A stretch of 64,000 bases of DNA. Origin: Bacteroidales bacterium. Its GTDB lineage: Bacteria > Bacteroidota > Bacteroidia > Bacteroidales > UBA4181. The translations under genes were made by a program, and so were the position numbers. The first letter of the stretch is position 1. Every line of letters begins with the position of its first letter. The stretch covers positions 17,318 through 81,317 of the forward strand of contig JAISOY010000211.1 in assembly GCA_031275285.1 (NCBI GenBank). Direction: 5' to 3'. This document shows, in pieces, positions 46,843 through 56,322 of the stretch. The notes beneath the pieces were generated by a model, which was given only the letters and a program-made list of their open reading frames with translations, was not told the origin of the DNA and made no database searches.

Positions 46843-46970
46843 TGAGTAGGGAAGTAGGAATGTTTATAAAGTCTGAAAGTCATAAAGTTTATAAAGTTTG
46901 AAAGTCTGAATGTTCATAAAGTAGAGTTTCGGGTGTCTTTTCGGAATAATTTTCATTTCTTCTTGTTCTA
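46843..46970 (+). repeat. Array of ~10 units ending in (A)AAGT plus a conserved tail GTTTCGGG..TTTTCGG..TTTTCAT (locus 3)
   Basis: Units read AGGGAAGT AGGAATGT TTATAAAGT CTGAAAGT CATAAAGT TTATAAAGT TTGAAAGT CTGAATGT TCATAAAGT, followed by AGAGTTTCGGGTGTCTTTTCGGAATAATTTTCATTTCTTC. Confidence 0.85.
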
Positions 46971-47220
46971 CCTTTTTCCAATTTCATTTAGAAGCTATTT
47001 AAAAATTATTATTGAATAAAATTTGAACATCATCTCAAATTAAAATCATTTATTATCAATCAATTCTACGAAATCCAATAGGGTCAGGTTCTATTACTTT
47101 TTCAGCTTTTCTAACCATATTTCATTCTTCGTTACAAAAACTTGCCTGTATCGGCAAAAATGAGTATTTTTAAAGTTGATTTTAAATAAAACCTGCCGAT
47201 AAGAGCAATTTATATACTTT

Positions 47221-48108
47221 ATGCAATATCTATCAGTCAGTCAGTTCGCAGAGAAATGGGGTGTGCCGGAAAGAACCATCCGTAATTATTGTGCGACAGG
47301 AAAAATAAAAGGAGTTTTCTTAACAGGTAAAACGTGGAATATACCCGAAGATGCTCTTTTACCTAAAAAGAGTAGTAGCCGGTTTAGTGATAATCTTTTG
47401 CTCAATATTCTTAAAGAGCAAAAAGATATGAAGCTGAAAGGGGGTATCTATCATCGTACACAAATCGACTTAACCTACAATTCCAATCGTATTGAAGGAA
47501 GTAAACTAACAGAGGAGCAGACCCGCTATATCTTTGAAACAAATACAATAGGAGTAACTAATGAAACTATTAACGTGGATGATATAATCGAAACATCCAA
47601 TCACTTCCGTTGTATCGACCTGATTATTGAAAAGGCAAAATCAAAACTTACAGAAGCGTTAATAAAAGAATTGCACTATATACTTAAGTCCAGTACCTCA
47701 GATAGTCGTAAAGATTGGTTTGGGATGGGCGATTATAAGAAACTACCTAACGAAGTAGGGGGAATGAAAACATGCTCTCCCGAAGAAGTTCAGAATACGA
47801 TGAAAGAACTACTCAATTGTTATCATTCCCAAAAAGATAAAACGATTGAGGATATAATTGAGTTTCATTATAAATTTGAATCTATACACCCGTTTCAGGA
47901 CGGTAATGGGCGTGTAGGCCGCCTCATTATGTTTAAAGAATGTTTGGCTAATAATGTGGTGCCATTTATTATTGATGAAGATTTGAAATGGTTTTATTAT
48001 CGCGGGTTGCAGGAATGGGAAAAAGCACATGGTTATTTAATTGATACATGTCTGACAGCTCAGGATAAATACAAAGAAATACTTAACTATTTCAAGATTA
48101 ATTATTAA
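47221..48108 (+). CDS. Fic family protein (class II, with N-terminal HTH domain)
   Basis: Canonical Fic motif HPFQDGNGRVGRL. Inhibitory-helix motif S-N-R-I-E-G, matching (S/T)xxxE(G/N), lies upstream of it. N-terminal MerR/excisionase-like HTH (LSVSQFAEKWGVPERTIRNYC). Confidence 0.9.
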   Translation: MQYLSVSQFAEKWGVPERTIRNYCATGKIKGVFLTGKTWNIPEDALLPKKSSSRFSDNLLLNILKEQKDMKLKGGIYHRTQIDLTYNSNRIEGSKLTEEQTRYIFETNTIGVTNETINVDDIIETSNHFRCIDLIIEKAKSKLTEALIKELHYILKSSTSDSRKDWFGMGDYKKLPNEVGGMKTCSPEEVQNTMKELLNCYHSQKDKTIEDIIEFHYKFESIHPFQDGNGRVGRLIMFKECLANNVVPFIIDEDLKWFYYRGLQEWEKAHGYLIDTCLTAQDKYKEILNYFKINY

Positions 48109-48227
48109 TGTGAATCAGGGGTTGAAATGAATGCTACGATTTTATCGGATATCCCGAAGGGATTGAATGATATTCGCCCCATTACCTTCGATGAACTCTC
48201 ATCATTCAAAGTTCATTGTTAAATAGT

Positions 48228-48380
48228 ATAAGTCTGAAAGTAGGAATGTTTATAAAGTCATAAAGTAGGAAAGAGGAAAGTTTATAAAGTAGGAAAGTAC
48301 AAAAGTTTGAACGTTCATAAAGTCATAAAGTAAGGTTCGGGAATTTTTTTTCCGGCATTTTTTCATCTCTTTTTCATTCA
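48228..48380 (+). repeat. Array of ~13 units ending in (A)AAGT plus a conserved tail GGTTCGGG..TTTCCGG..TTTTCAT (locus 4)
   Basis: Units read CTGAAAGT AGGAATGT TTATAAAGT CATAAAGT AGGAAAG AGGAAAGT TTATAAAGT AGGAAAGT ACAAAAGT TTGAACGT TCATAAAGT CATAAAGT, followed by AAGGTTCGGGAATTTTTTTTTCCGGCATTTTTTCATCTC. It shares AGTAGGAATGTTTATAAAGTC with locus 3. Confidence 0.85.
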
Positions 48381-48423
48381 TCATTCATTTTTCATTGTTA
48401 TTTCATATTTTTACCTACTTAAA

Positions 48424-49812
48424 ATGGAAAAATCAGAATCTTATTCATTATCGGAGTTCAACCGGATGGTCGGGTTGAAATTGAAGGCGACTATGCCCGG
48501 TTCATATTGGGTATCAGGAGAAATCAATGAGATCCATGTAAACAATAGCGGGCACTGTTTTTTAGAATTGATTGAGAAGGAAGGCCAGGGAGAAAAGATT
48601 GTTGCCAGGAGCCGGGCCAATATATGGGCTTATCATTTCCGGATGCTACATCCTTATTTCAAAACCATGACCGGGCAGAACCTTTCGGCAGGACTGAAAG
48701 TAATGCTCCAGGTCAATATCGAGTTTCATGAACTTTATGGAATCAGCCTGCAGGTAACGGATATCAATCCGGCTTTTACGGTAGGCGAGTTGGCTGTACA
48801 GAAGCAACTGGTGATCCAGCGTCTGACAGATGAAGGCGTGATCGACATGAACAGGGAGCTGGATATACCTCTTGTCCCACAAAGAATTGCTGTTATCTCT
48901 TCCGGAACAGCTGCCGGGTATGGGGATTTCTCCGATCAGCTACACAGCAATACGTACGGATATGCTTTTCATCATACCCTTTTTCCTGCCGTTATGCAGG
49001 GGAATGAAGCGGAGCAGTCGATTATTCGTGCTTTGGAAGAGATCTTCGATCGTGAAGTTGAGTTTGACGTGGTGGTGATCATCAGGGGCGGAGGCTCACA
49101 AACCGATCTGAACTGTTTCAATAGTTACCGGTTGGCTTATCATATGGCACAATTTCCTTTACCCATTATTACCGGGATCGGGCATGAACGTGACGAGACT
49201 ATTGCAGATATGGTGGCCTGTATCCCATTGAAAACCCCGACGGCGGTTGCCGAGTTTCTGATAGATAGAGCTGCTTCCATCCATCATGAACTTGAGGAAC
49301 TGACACAACGTTTATACGATTCCGTTACTTCTCAGGTTCGGTTTTCCGCACAGCAATTGCAGGAGCAAAGCTATCGCTTGCAGAACATACTTCATACACA
49401 GTTGCATGAGCAGGAAAAATTATTACAGGGCCTTCAGCTTACCTTGTCGCATGCAGTATCCATGTTTTTATCGGAGAAAAGAAACGGACAGGATCAGTTA
49501 TTAGTAAAAGCCCGTTCGTTGGTATGTAATACGGTACAGGTGCAAATGACAAAGATTCCGGCATTGGAAAAGCAACTCAGTAAGGTCACCCGGGCTATGC
49601 TGGAAAAGAAACGGGAACGGGTTGTATGGCTCGGTAACAAGTTATCGTTGCTGGATCCTGTAAAATTGCTGGAACGGGGTTATTCCATCACCCTGGCAAA
49701 TGGGAAGGTGATTCGTGGGATTGACGAACTCGGAGCAGGGCAACGTATAGAAACCTTATTCAAGGACGGAAAGGCAGAGAGTGTGGTAGAAAAAGCGGTA
49801 AGAGACTTGTAG
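48424..49812 (+). CDS. xseA: Exodeoxyribonuclease VII large subunit
   Basis: 462 aa: OB-fold N-terminus (WVSGEINEI...NSGHCFLEL), IAVISSGTAAG, IIRGGGS, TGIGHERD. Confidence 0.93.
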   Translation: MEKSESYSLSEFNRMVGLKLKATMPGSYWVSGEINEIHVNNSGHCFLELIEKEGQGEKIVARSRANIWAYHFRMLHPYFKTMTGQNLSAGLKVMLQVNIEFHELYGISLQVTDINPAFTVGELAVQKQLVIQRLTDEGVIDMNRELDIPLVPQRIAVISSGTAAGYGDFSDQLHSNTYGYAFHHTLFPAVMQGNEAEQSIIRALEEIFDREVEFDVVVIIRGGGSQTDLNCFNSYRLAYHMAQFPLPIITGIGHERDETIADMVACIPLKTPTAVAEFLIDRAASIHHELEELTQRLYDSVTSQVRFSAQQLQEQSYRLQNILHTQLHEQEKLLQGLQLTLSHAVSMFLSEKRNGQDQLLVKARSLVCNTVQVQMTKIPALEKQLSKVTRAMLEKKRERVVWLGNKLSLLDPVKLLERGYSITLANGKVIRGIDELGAGQRIETLFKDGKAESVVEKAVRDL

Positions 49813-49820
49813 TTCTGAAA

Positions 49821-50711
49821 ATGATGAAGAAGGCGATTTTATTTTGCGTGCTGCTCCTGTTTTCTGTGGTTTCGTTTTCACAGGATGTATCCACTGTGGA
49901 CTATGAGATTACGTATATATTTTCCTCATCGGGAAAGACAAATAAAATTAAATTTATTTGTTTGGTTCCAGCGGATATAAAAGGAAAACAAAAAGTACAT
50001 ACGCTTACTTATTCCAGACAACCCCAGCGGGTTTTTTCTGAAGACGGGGATCATTATGCCGAATTTATCATGGAACGCCCATCTAAAGAAGAAAAGATAA
50101 AAATATCCGTCACCATTGATATCTACAGGAACGATTTTCAAAACAGGAAAAAAGACATAGCACAGACAGGGACTGATATGGAAAAATATCTGAAGAATGA
50201 AAAATTTATTGAGAAAGATGACCCCCTTATTATTGAAAAAGCCGGAGAGCTGAAGAAAAAAACGAGGGAAGCCACCATCAGGAAAATTTATTCATTCGTC
50301 AGGAACCATATTCAATATGAAAGTCATGAAGATGAATTGGGATCCGTTGAAGCATTTAAAATAAAGAGGGGAGATTGTACGGAATTTGCCGATCTCTTTA
50401 TCGCCCTGTGCCGGGCCTGTGACATCCCTGCCAGATTTGCCGAAGGCTTTGTCACCAATATAACCAGTAATCCGAAGCATGATTGGGCGGAAGTATATCT
50501 GGAAGGTTACGGATGGATACGTTTTGACCCGACTTCCGGCAATTTAAATGAATGGAATACACTTCAAAACAGATATATCCAGTTGACCAATACGCGGTTT
50601 AACCGGACGATTAATAATGGAGGACATTATTGGGCGTATAGGTATTGGGGTGATCCTATTAAAGTTTCCCAATCATTTGTTATCAATAAGTATACTGCTA
50701 TTCAAAAATGA
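49821..50711 (+). CDS. Secreted transglutaminase-like domain protein
   Basis: Signal peptide, transglutaminase-core Cys context KRGDCTEFADLFIALCRA, and later HDWAEVY ... FDPT (His/Asp). Confidence 0.85.
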   Translation: MMKKAILFCVLLLFSVVSFSQDVSTVDYEITYIFSSSGKTNKIKFICLVPADIKGKQKVHTLTYSRQPQRVFSEDGDHYAEFIMERPSKEEKIKISVTIDIYRNDFQNRKKDIAQTGTDMEKYLKNEKFIEKDDPLIIEKAGELKKKTREATIRKIYSFVRNHIQYESHEDELGSVEAFKIKRGDCTEFADLFIALCRACDIPARFAEGFVTNITSNPKHDWAEVYLEGYGWIRFDPTSGNLNEWNTLQNRYIQLTNTRFNRTINNGGHYWAYRYWGDPIKVSQSFVINKYTAIQK

Positions 50712-50860
50712 ATAGAATTCATATTTTTATCTGTTCGCTGTTTCTCAGGAAGTTTTGAACTATAGTTGAAAAGAAAACATTGGATGAAAAAATGTACGAT
50801 CAATGTTGTTTGAATTTTACCGTACAATTTTTAGGAAAATATTACATCATTATTTTTTGA

Positions 50861-50868
50861 TACATTTG
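50861..50868 (+). promoter_or_regulatory. Candidate -7 box (TACATTTG) upstream of the ECF sigma gene
   Basis: Exact TAnnTTTG match 56 nt upstream of the predicted start. No well-spaced -33 box was seen. Confidence 0.35.
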
Positions 50869-50924
50869 CAAAATACAAAATTGTGAGAAGTTTTTTATAA
50901 TGGTTTATAGGTTTTAGGAACAAA

Positions 50925-51482
50925 TTGAATGAACTTGATCAGATATGGCGCGAAATAAAGAGAGGAAATGAAAAAGCATTTTATATGCTTTATACCTTGT
51001 TATTTTCTAATCTTGTAAGATATATCCAGCAAATCGTAAAAGATATTTTTTTGGCTGAAGATATTGTTCAGGAAGTATTTATTAAACTATGGGACGAACG
51101 GAATAAGATCCATATTGTCGGCTCCCTGCAGTCATACCTGTACAAGATGTCCCATAATTTATCCATCAATAAGTTACAACATTTTGCAACCGCTAAAAAT
51201 AAGGTAAACAGAACTATTAGTGAAGAAGAATGGCAATTCATTAAGGATACTTATCAGATTGACAGTTACGTAATTGAAAATATTGAAAAAGAAGATACCG
51301 ATGTGATTATCCGGCAGGTGATAGCTTCTCTTCCTGAAAAATGCCGCGAAGTATTTATACTAAGCCGTTATGAAAATCTGGATAATAATGAAATAGCTCA
51401 AAGATTGAATATTTCAGTAAATACGGTAAGATCACATATATATCAGGCCCTTGAAATAATCCGGCAGAAAGTCATGAAATGA
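50925..51482 (+). CDS. ECF-type RNA polymerase sigma-70 family factor
   Basis: 185 aa with region 2 (FLAEDIVQEVFIKLW) and region 4 HTH (NNEIAQRLNISVNTVRSHIYQA). The start is an apparent TTG, so the exact start is uncertain. Confidence 0.88.
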   Translation: MNELDQIWREIKRGNEKAFYMLYTLLFSNLVRYIQQIVKDIFLAEDIVQEVFIKLWDERNKIHIVGSLQSYLYKMSHNLSINKLQHFATAKNKVNRTISEEEWQFIKDTYQIDSYVIENIEKEDTDVIIRQVIASLPEKCREVFILSRYENLDNNEIAQRLNISVNTVRSHIYQALEIIRQKVMK

Positions 51483-51604
51483 TTTCATTCATTACGACTG
51501 ATTTACAGCTAGCCTGTGTCAACCAATGAAATTTTTTTTAAAAATATTCGTTTTCACTAATCATTTAAAAAGAAAATCCTGTCATAATTAATAGAAAACA
51601 ATAT

Positions 51605-52732
51605 ATGAAAGAGACCGTTGTCATTTCAGATCAAATCAAACAACTGATTTCCGGGTATTTATCTGATTCATTAACCCCGGAGGAATTATCCGTTTTGAAA
51701 TCGTGGATCATGCAATCTCCGGAAAATAAAAAATATTTTAATGAGATCCGGCACACATGGGCATTATCCGGAACAACTATTCAAAATAAAGAGTTCTCCG
51801 TAAGAAAGCTGGCGGGTAAATTGTCCAAACGTCATAAAAAACAATCCCGGAGATTCTGGACATGGCAGAAAGTCGCTGCATCATGGGGAATTATTGTCAT
51901 TTGTGCTACTTCTTTATGGTTTTTTTTGAATGGAGACGATATATCCGTACAACCTGATACTCCCGTTGTCGCCCAATCTACACATACAGTGATCCAGGCA
52001 GAACGTGGTTCCCAAAGTTTGATAAATTTACCTGACGGAACCAAAGTCTGGCTCAACGGTGGTAGTACCTTATCATACATTCATGACTACAATATCTCGG
52101 AAAGAATCGTAGAACTTTCAGGGGAAGCCTGTTTTGACGTAGTCACCAATCCGGATAAGCCATTTGTGGTAAAGGCCGGAAAATTATCTATTAAAGCGTT
52201 GGGAACGATGTTCAATGTGAAAGCATATCCCGAAGATAAAATAATTACTACCACCCTGGTAAAAGGAAATGTGGTCGTAGAGGGCAGGAATAAAAATGAT
52301 GAGGAATTTTCGATTCCTATGAAGCCGAATGAAAATATTACTTACCTCATAGATGAGAATATGGTTCATGACGCCGGTAGCAAGGCTGACATGAGTGATA
52401 TAAAAAAGATCGAACCATTGATCCCGATCATTAAAGAAGATAATATTAAACCGGAATTATATACATCCTGGAAAGATGAAATATGGGTAATCGAAAAACA
52501 ACAATTGGAAAATTTGTGCAAAGACCTTGAACGCAGGTACAATGTCAGTTTTGTATTTCTTACGGATGAACTAAAAACCATGCATTTTTCGGGAACGATT
52601 CAGCGACAGACAATAGAACAGGTATTGAGTATTTTGCAACGGACAATGCCTATAAATTTTTTAGTGGAAAAGAATGTGATTACACTTTCGATGAATATGG
52701 AATTAATGGAGAGATTTAAAACACAACAATGA
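51605..52732 (+). CDS. FecR-family anti-sigma factor
   Basis: 375 aa with a single TM (~aa 95-115) and a FecR domain (LPDGTKVWLNGGSTLSY, GEACFDV, FVVKAG). Confidence 0.9.
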   Translation: MKETVVISDQIKQLISGYLSDSLTPEELSVLKSWIMQSPENKKYFNEIRHTWALSGTTIQNKEFSVRKLAGKLSKRHKKQSRRFWTWQKVAASWGIIVICATSLWFFLNGDDISVQPDTPVVAQSTHTVIQAERGSQSLINLPDGTKVWLNGGSTLSYIHDYNISERIVELSGEACFDVVTNPDKPFVVKAGKLSIKALGTMFNVKAYPEDKIITTTLVKGNVVVEGRNKNDEEFSIPMKPNENITYLIDENMVHDAGSKADMSDIKKIEPLIPIIKEDNIKPELYTSWKDEIWVIEKQQLENLCKDLERRYNVSFVFLTDELKTMHFSGTIQRQTIEQVLSILQRTMPINFLVEKNVITLSMNMELMERFKTQQ

Positions 52733-52882
52733 TTATCACTATTAAAGAAGGAGTGCCTATGGAGAAATAACAAAACAAAGAAGCCCTTCCATGCCGAAAG
52801 GGCCTCATTTCAAATGGTATTTTTCGATATCCTTTGCAGAGGATTCGAAAACAAAATATAAAATAAAACTAAAGACAATATT

Positions 52883-55800
52883 ATGACAAATAAATGTACA
52901 TTTATTCGTGTAAGGTATTTTTTTTCGAAAAATAATTCTTTAGCACTGTTTATGAAATTATCTTCTATTCTTATCTTAATAGTCAATCTCAATATTTATG
53001 CCAATGTATATCCTCAAAATGTCAGGCTTGAAAATGCTATTGAGAATCAAACGATAAAAGATATTTTAAAACTGCTTGAGAATAAAAGCGATTATCGTTT
53101 TTTCTACAGTGATGATTATCCGGTTTTAAATAAAGTTATTTCTGTAAGCGCTCAGGAGTCAGATATATATGTATTACTCAACCAAATATTTAATGACACA
53201 CCGGCGTCATATGAGATATTGGATGATAATGTCGTCGTAATCAGTCCATTTTCCCGGCAGACCATAAGAATAACCGGCACCGTTTCGGATGATTCAGGGG
53301 AAACCATGCCCGGGGTAAATGTTCTTATTAAAGGAACCGGTACTGGAATTACTACTGATGTTGATGGTAGGTTCTCGATCGATGTTCCTAATACGGAATC
53401 TGTTCTGGTTTTTTCATTTGTAGGGTACCACGAACAGGAAATTCCCGTCGGGGAACAACGTATGATACAGGTGATAATGGTTGAATCTTCAACGGAAATC
53501 GAAGAAGTCGTCGTTGTCGGCTATGGGGTTCAGAAAAAAGAAACCATGGTCGGAGCTGTATCACAGGTAGGGAATAAAGCGCTGATGCAGTCGGGGACTG
53601 CCAGTGTAACCAATGCCATTGCAGGTAAATTATCAGGTGTATTAACGATGCAGCAATCCGGTGAACCCGGGAATGATAATGCGGAAATCATTATACGCGG
53701 AGTTTCCAGTTGGAACGGCTCCCAGCCATTGGTGCTGGTAGATGGTGTGGAACGGGACTTCAAGGATCTGGATCCGAACGAGATCAATACCATCTCAATT
53801 TTGAAAGATGCTTCCGCTACCGCTGTTTTTGGTGCAAGAGGCGCCAACGGGGTATTGATCGTCACTACCAAAAGAGGTGTGGAAGGAAAACCGAAACTGG
53901 ACATATCCGCATCCTTTGGCATGGAAAAGGCCACAAATATACCGGATCATATAGATTCCTACACCACTATGAAAATGTTAAATGTTGCCAGAATGAATGA
54001 GCAACAATTTACGGAACTGATCCCCGAATATGTGCTGGAAGAATACAGGAATCCGTCATCCCGTTTAAACGCACTGCGATATCCGAATGTAAACTGGTTT
54101 AAAGAAGTGACCAGGCCGTTTGCGCCCACGGCAACTGCAAATGTCAATGTGACGGGGGGAACCAGTTTTGTCAAATATTTTGCATCTTTGGGTTATACCC
54201 ATCAGGGCTCGTACTTCAAAGGTGAGAAAGACGGACATGTTGATTCCCGCTTTTGGAACAATAGGTTCAATTACCGGACCAACCTTGATTTTAATGTTTC
54301 GAAATCAACCTTATTGTCATTCAATATCGGCGGGGAGGTAAGTATCAAGAATCAGCCCACTATCGGAAATATCTGGTGGACCTTGTATGGTACTTCTCCG
54401 GCCCGCTTCCCTACTTATTTCCCATCATGGCTTCTGGAAGAATATCCGGACCAGGACTATCCCGATGATACGGGAATACGTTATGCTGAACCCATCGGAG
54501 AATATATGGATAATCCGTATACCGTATTTAACCAGAGGGCTTTTAACCGGTATCTGGAAACCAAGCTTTTTACTGATGTAATGTTGAAACAGGATCTGGA
54601 TTTCCTGCTTAAAGGGCTATCCATTAGAGGAAAAGTATCCCTCAGTACCTATTACAGAAATCTTTCCCTGACATCAGCAACTACGAACAATTATCCCCAA
54701 TACCAGTTTGATTATGAAAAAGCGGCAATCGGGGAAAATCCGTGGTTCAGACAGGGACAGGGTGACGAGACATACAAAATGCCGCCGCTGGCAATCGGAA
54801 TAGGTGGTTTGCAGAGTGGTTATTACAGTGATCTGTATTACGAATTTTCACTGGATTACAATAACACTTTCGGAGGCCACACTGTTTCGGTATTGGCATT
54901 GATGAACCGTCAGCAGAAAAACAACGGAACAGAGTTCGCCTATTATAACCAGGGACTGGTCGGACGGATCACCTATGATTACCGGAATAAATACCTGGCT
55001 GAAGTAAATGTCGGTTATACGGGATCGGAAAGATTTGCACCGGGCAACCGGTTCGGATTCTTTCCTTCAGGCGCTGTAGGTTGGGTAATATCGGAAGAAC
55101 AGTTTTTCCGCGATGCACTACCCTGGATCAGCAAGATGAAGATACGCTATTCCGATGGTTTGGTCGGCAGTGATAATACATCCAGCAGATGGTTGTATAT
55201 CAGTGATTATTTTGAAGACAGTAAAAAATACATCCGCGAGGATAAAGCCGCCAATACCCGTGCACAATGGGAAGAAGCCAGAAAACAGGATTTAGGGGTT
55301 GAAATAGGTTTATTCGATAATTCTCTTCATTTTTCGGTAGACCTTTTTAAAGAACGCCGTACCAATATGTTGTTGGTTCCACAAAGTACCCCCACGCTCT
55401 TGGGTATTCAATTTAAAGAATTGAATCTGGGGAAAATGAAGAAACACGGTATAGAGGTAGAGATCGAATATAAGAACACAACAGACGGGGGCTTCTATTA
55501 CTTTGTACGCGGTATGGTCGGTATCAATGAAAACAGGATCCTTTTTAAGGACGATCCACCGTATGCACCCGATTATCAAAAACAGGAAGGAAAACCTTTG
55601 GAAGCCCAGACAAGCGGAGTACAGCTTGCAGGAAACGGCTATTTTACTTCTGTGGATGATATCCATACTTTACCATCTCCGTTACCTGTTTCAGGTCTCG
55701 CGATAGGCGATTATGCATTTCTTGATTATACAGCCGACGGATTGATCAGCAGCCTGGATGCCTATCCGATCAAAGGATCGCTTTATCCTCCCGTAACATA

Positions 55801-56305
55801 TTCGTTTTCTGCGGGATTCAATTACAGGAATTTCGAGTTCAGTTTCCTGTTTCAGGGTAATGCCGGAAAATATGTATCGTACAACCAGAACTTTGAAGCC
55901 GAGTTCACGAAAGGTAATTATCAGGTACATGCTTCGCAACTGGATTATTGGACACCTACCAATACGGGAGCCAATCACTCCACCCTGCATTTCCCGGGCA
56001 CCGGTTATATCAGGAACCTGGCATGGCTTCCTGCTACGGAAGGAACAGGATATACCACGTATATCGAAGGCCGGTTCTGGAGAAAAGCCGATTATCTCAA
56101 ACTGAAGGAAGTATATATAGGATACAAGTTTGAACCTAAATGGGAAAAACTTCCGGGTATTTCCTCTATCAATGTTTATATGACAGGAAATAACCTGTTG
56201 ACTTTTACCAAATTGATCGAAGGTGATCCTGAGCGGAAGGATTTCAGCAAGGGATTTTATCCTCAATTGCTCAGTGTTAAACTTGGTATGAGGGTTTCTT
56301 TTTAA
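52883..56305 (+). CDS. SusC/RagA-family TonB-dependent transducer (with N-terminal STN signalling domain)
   Basis: STN-like segment (IKDILKLLENKSDYRFFYSD...YEILDDNVVVI), CarboxypepD_reg-like domain (ITGTVSDDSGETMPGVNVLIKGTGTG), TonB box-like VVVVGYG, plug, and C-terminal aromatic residue (RVSF). The Met at 52952 is a likely alternative start. Confidence 0.93.
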   Translation: MTNKCTFIRVRYFFSKNNSLALFMKLSSILILIVNLNIYANVYPQNVRLENAIENQTIKDILKLLENKSDYRFFYSDDYPVLNKVISVSAQESDIYVLLNQIFNDTPASYEILDDNVVVISPFSRQTIRITGTVSDDSGETMPGVNVLIKGTGTGITTDVDGRFSIDVPNTESVLVFSFVGYHEQEIPVGEQRMIQVIMVESSTEIEEVVVVGYGVQKKETMVGAVSQVGNKALMQSGTASVTNAIAGKLSGVLTMQQSGEPGNDNAEIIIRGVSSWNGSQPLVLVDGVERDFKDLDPNEINTISILKDASATAVFGARGANGVLIVTTKRGVEGKPKLDISASFGMEKATNIPDHIDSYTTMKMLNVARMNEQQFTELIPEYVLEEYRNPSSRLNALRYPNVNWFKEVTRPFAPTATANVNVTGGTSFVKYFASLGYTHQGSYFKGEKDGHVDSRFWNNRFNYRTNLDFNVSKSTLLSFNIGGEVSIKNQPTIGNIWWTLYGTSPARFPTYFPSWLLEEYPDQDYPDDTGIRYAEPIGEYMDNPYTVFNQRAFNRYLETKLFTDVMLKQDLDFLLKGLSIRGKVSLSTYYRNLSLTSATTNNYPQYQFDYEKAAIGENPWFRQGQGDETYKMPPLAIGIGGLQSGYYSDLYYEFSLDYNNTFGGHTVSVLALMNRQQKNNGTEFAYYNQGLVGRITYDYRNKYLAEVNVGYTGSERFAPGNRFGFFPSGAVGWVISEEQFFRDALPWISKMKIRYSDGLVGSDNTSSRWLYISDYFEDSKKYIREDKAANTRAQWEEARKQDLGVEIGLFDNSLHFSVDLFKERRTNMLLVPQSTPTLLGIQFKELNLGKMKKHGIEVEIEYKNTTDGGFYYFVRGMVGINENRILFKDDPPYAPDYQKQEGKPLEAQTSGVQLAGNGYFTSVDDIHTLPSPLPVSGLAIGDYAFLDYTADGLISSLDAYPIKGSLYPPVTYSFSAGFNYRNFEFSFLFQGNAGKYVSYNQNFEAEFTKGNYQVHASQLDYWTPTNTGANHSTLHFPGTGYIRNLAWLPATEGTGYTTYIEGRFWRKADYLKLKEVYIGYKFEPKWEKLPGISSINVYMTGNNLLTFTKLIEGDPERKDFSKGFYPQLLSVKLGMRVSF

Positions 56306-56322
56306 CATAAAACCGGACAACA

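Noticed and set aside
48128-48223. 31-codon ORF (MNATILSDIPKGLNDIRPITFDELSSFKVHC) between Fic and repeat locus 4
   Set aside because: It is too short and has no recognisable family. It may be a gene fragment left by rearrangement, so it is mentioned only as context for the Fic cassette.
52783-52803. Hairpin GCCCTT-N9-AAGGGC between the anti-sigma gene and SusC1 as an attenuator or terminator
   Set aside because: The stem is only 6 bp and no T-tract follows it. That is not enough to call.
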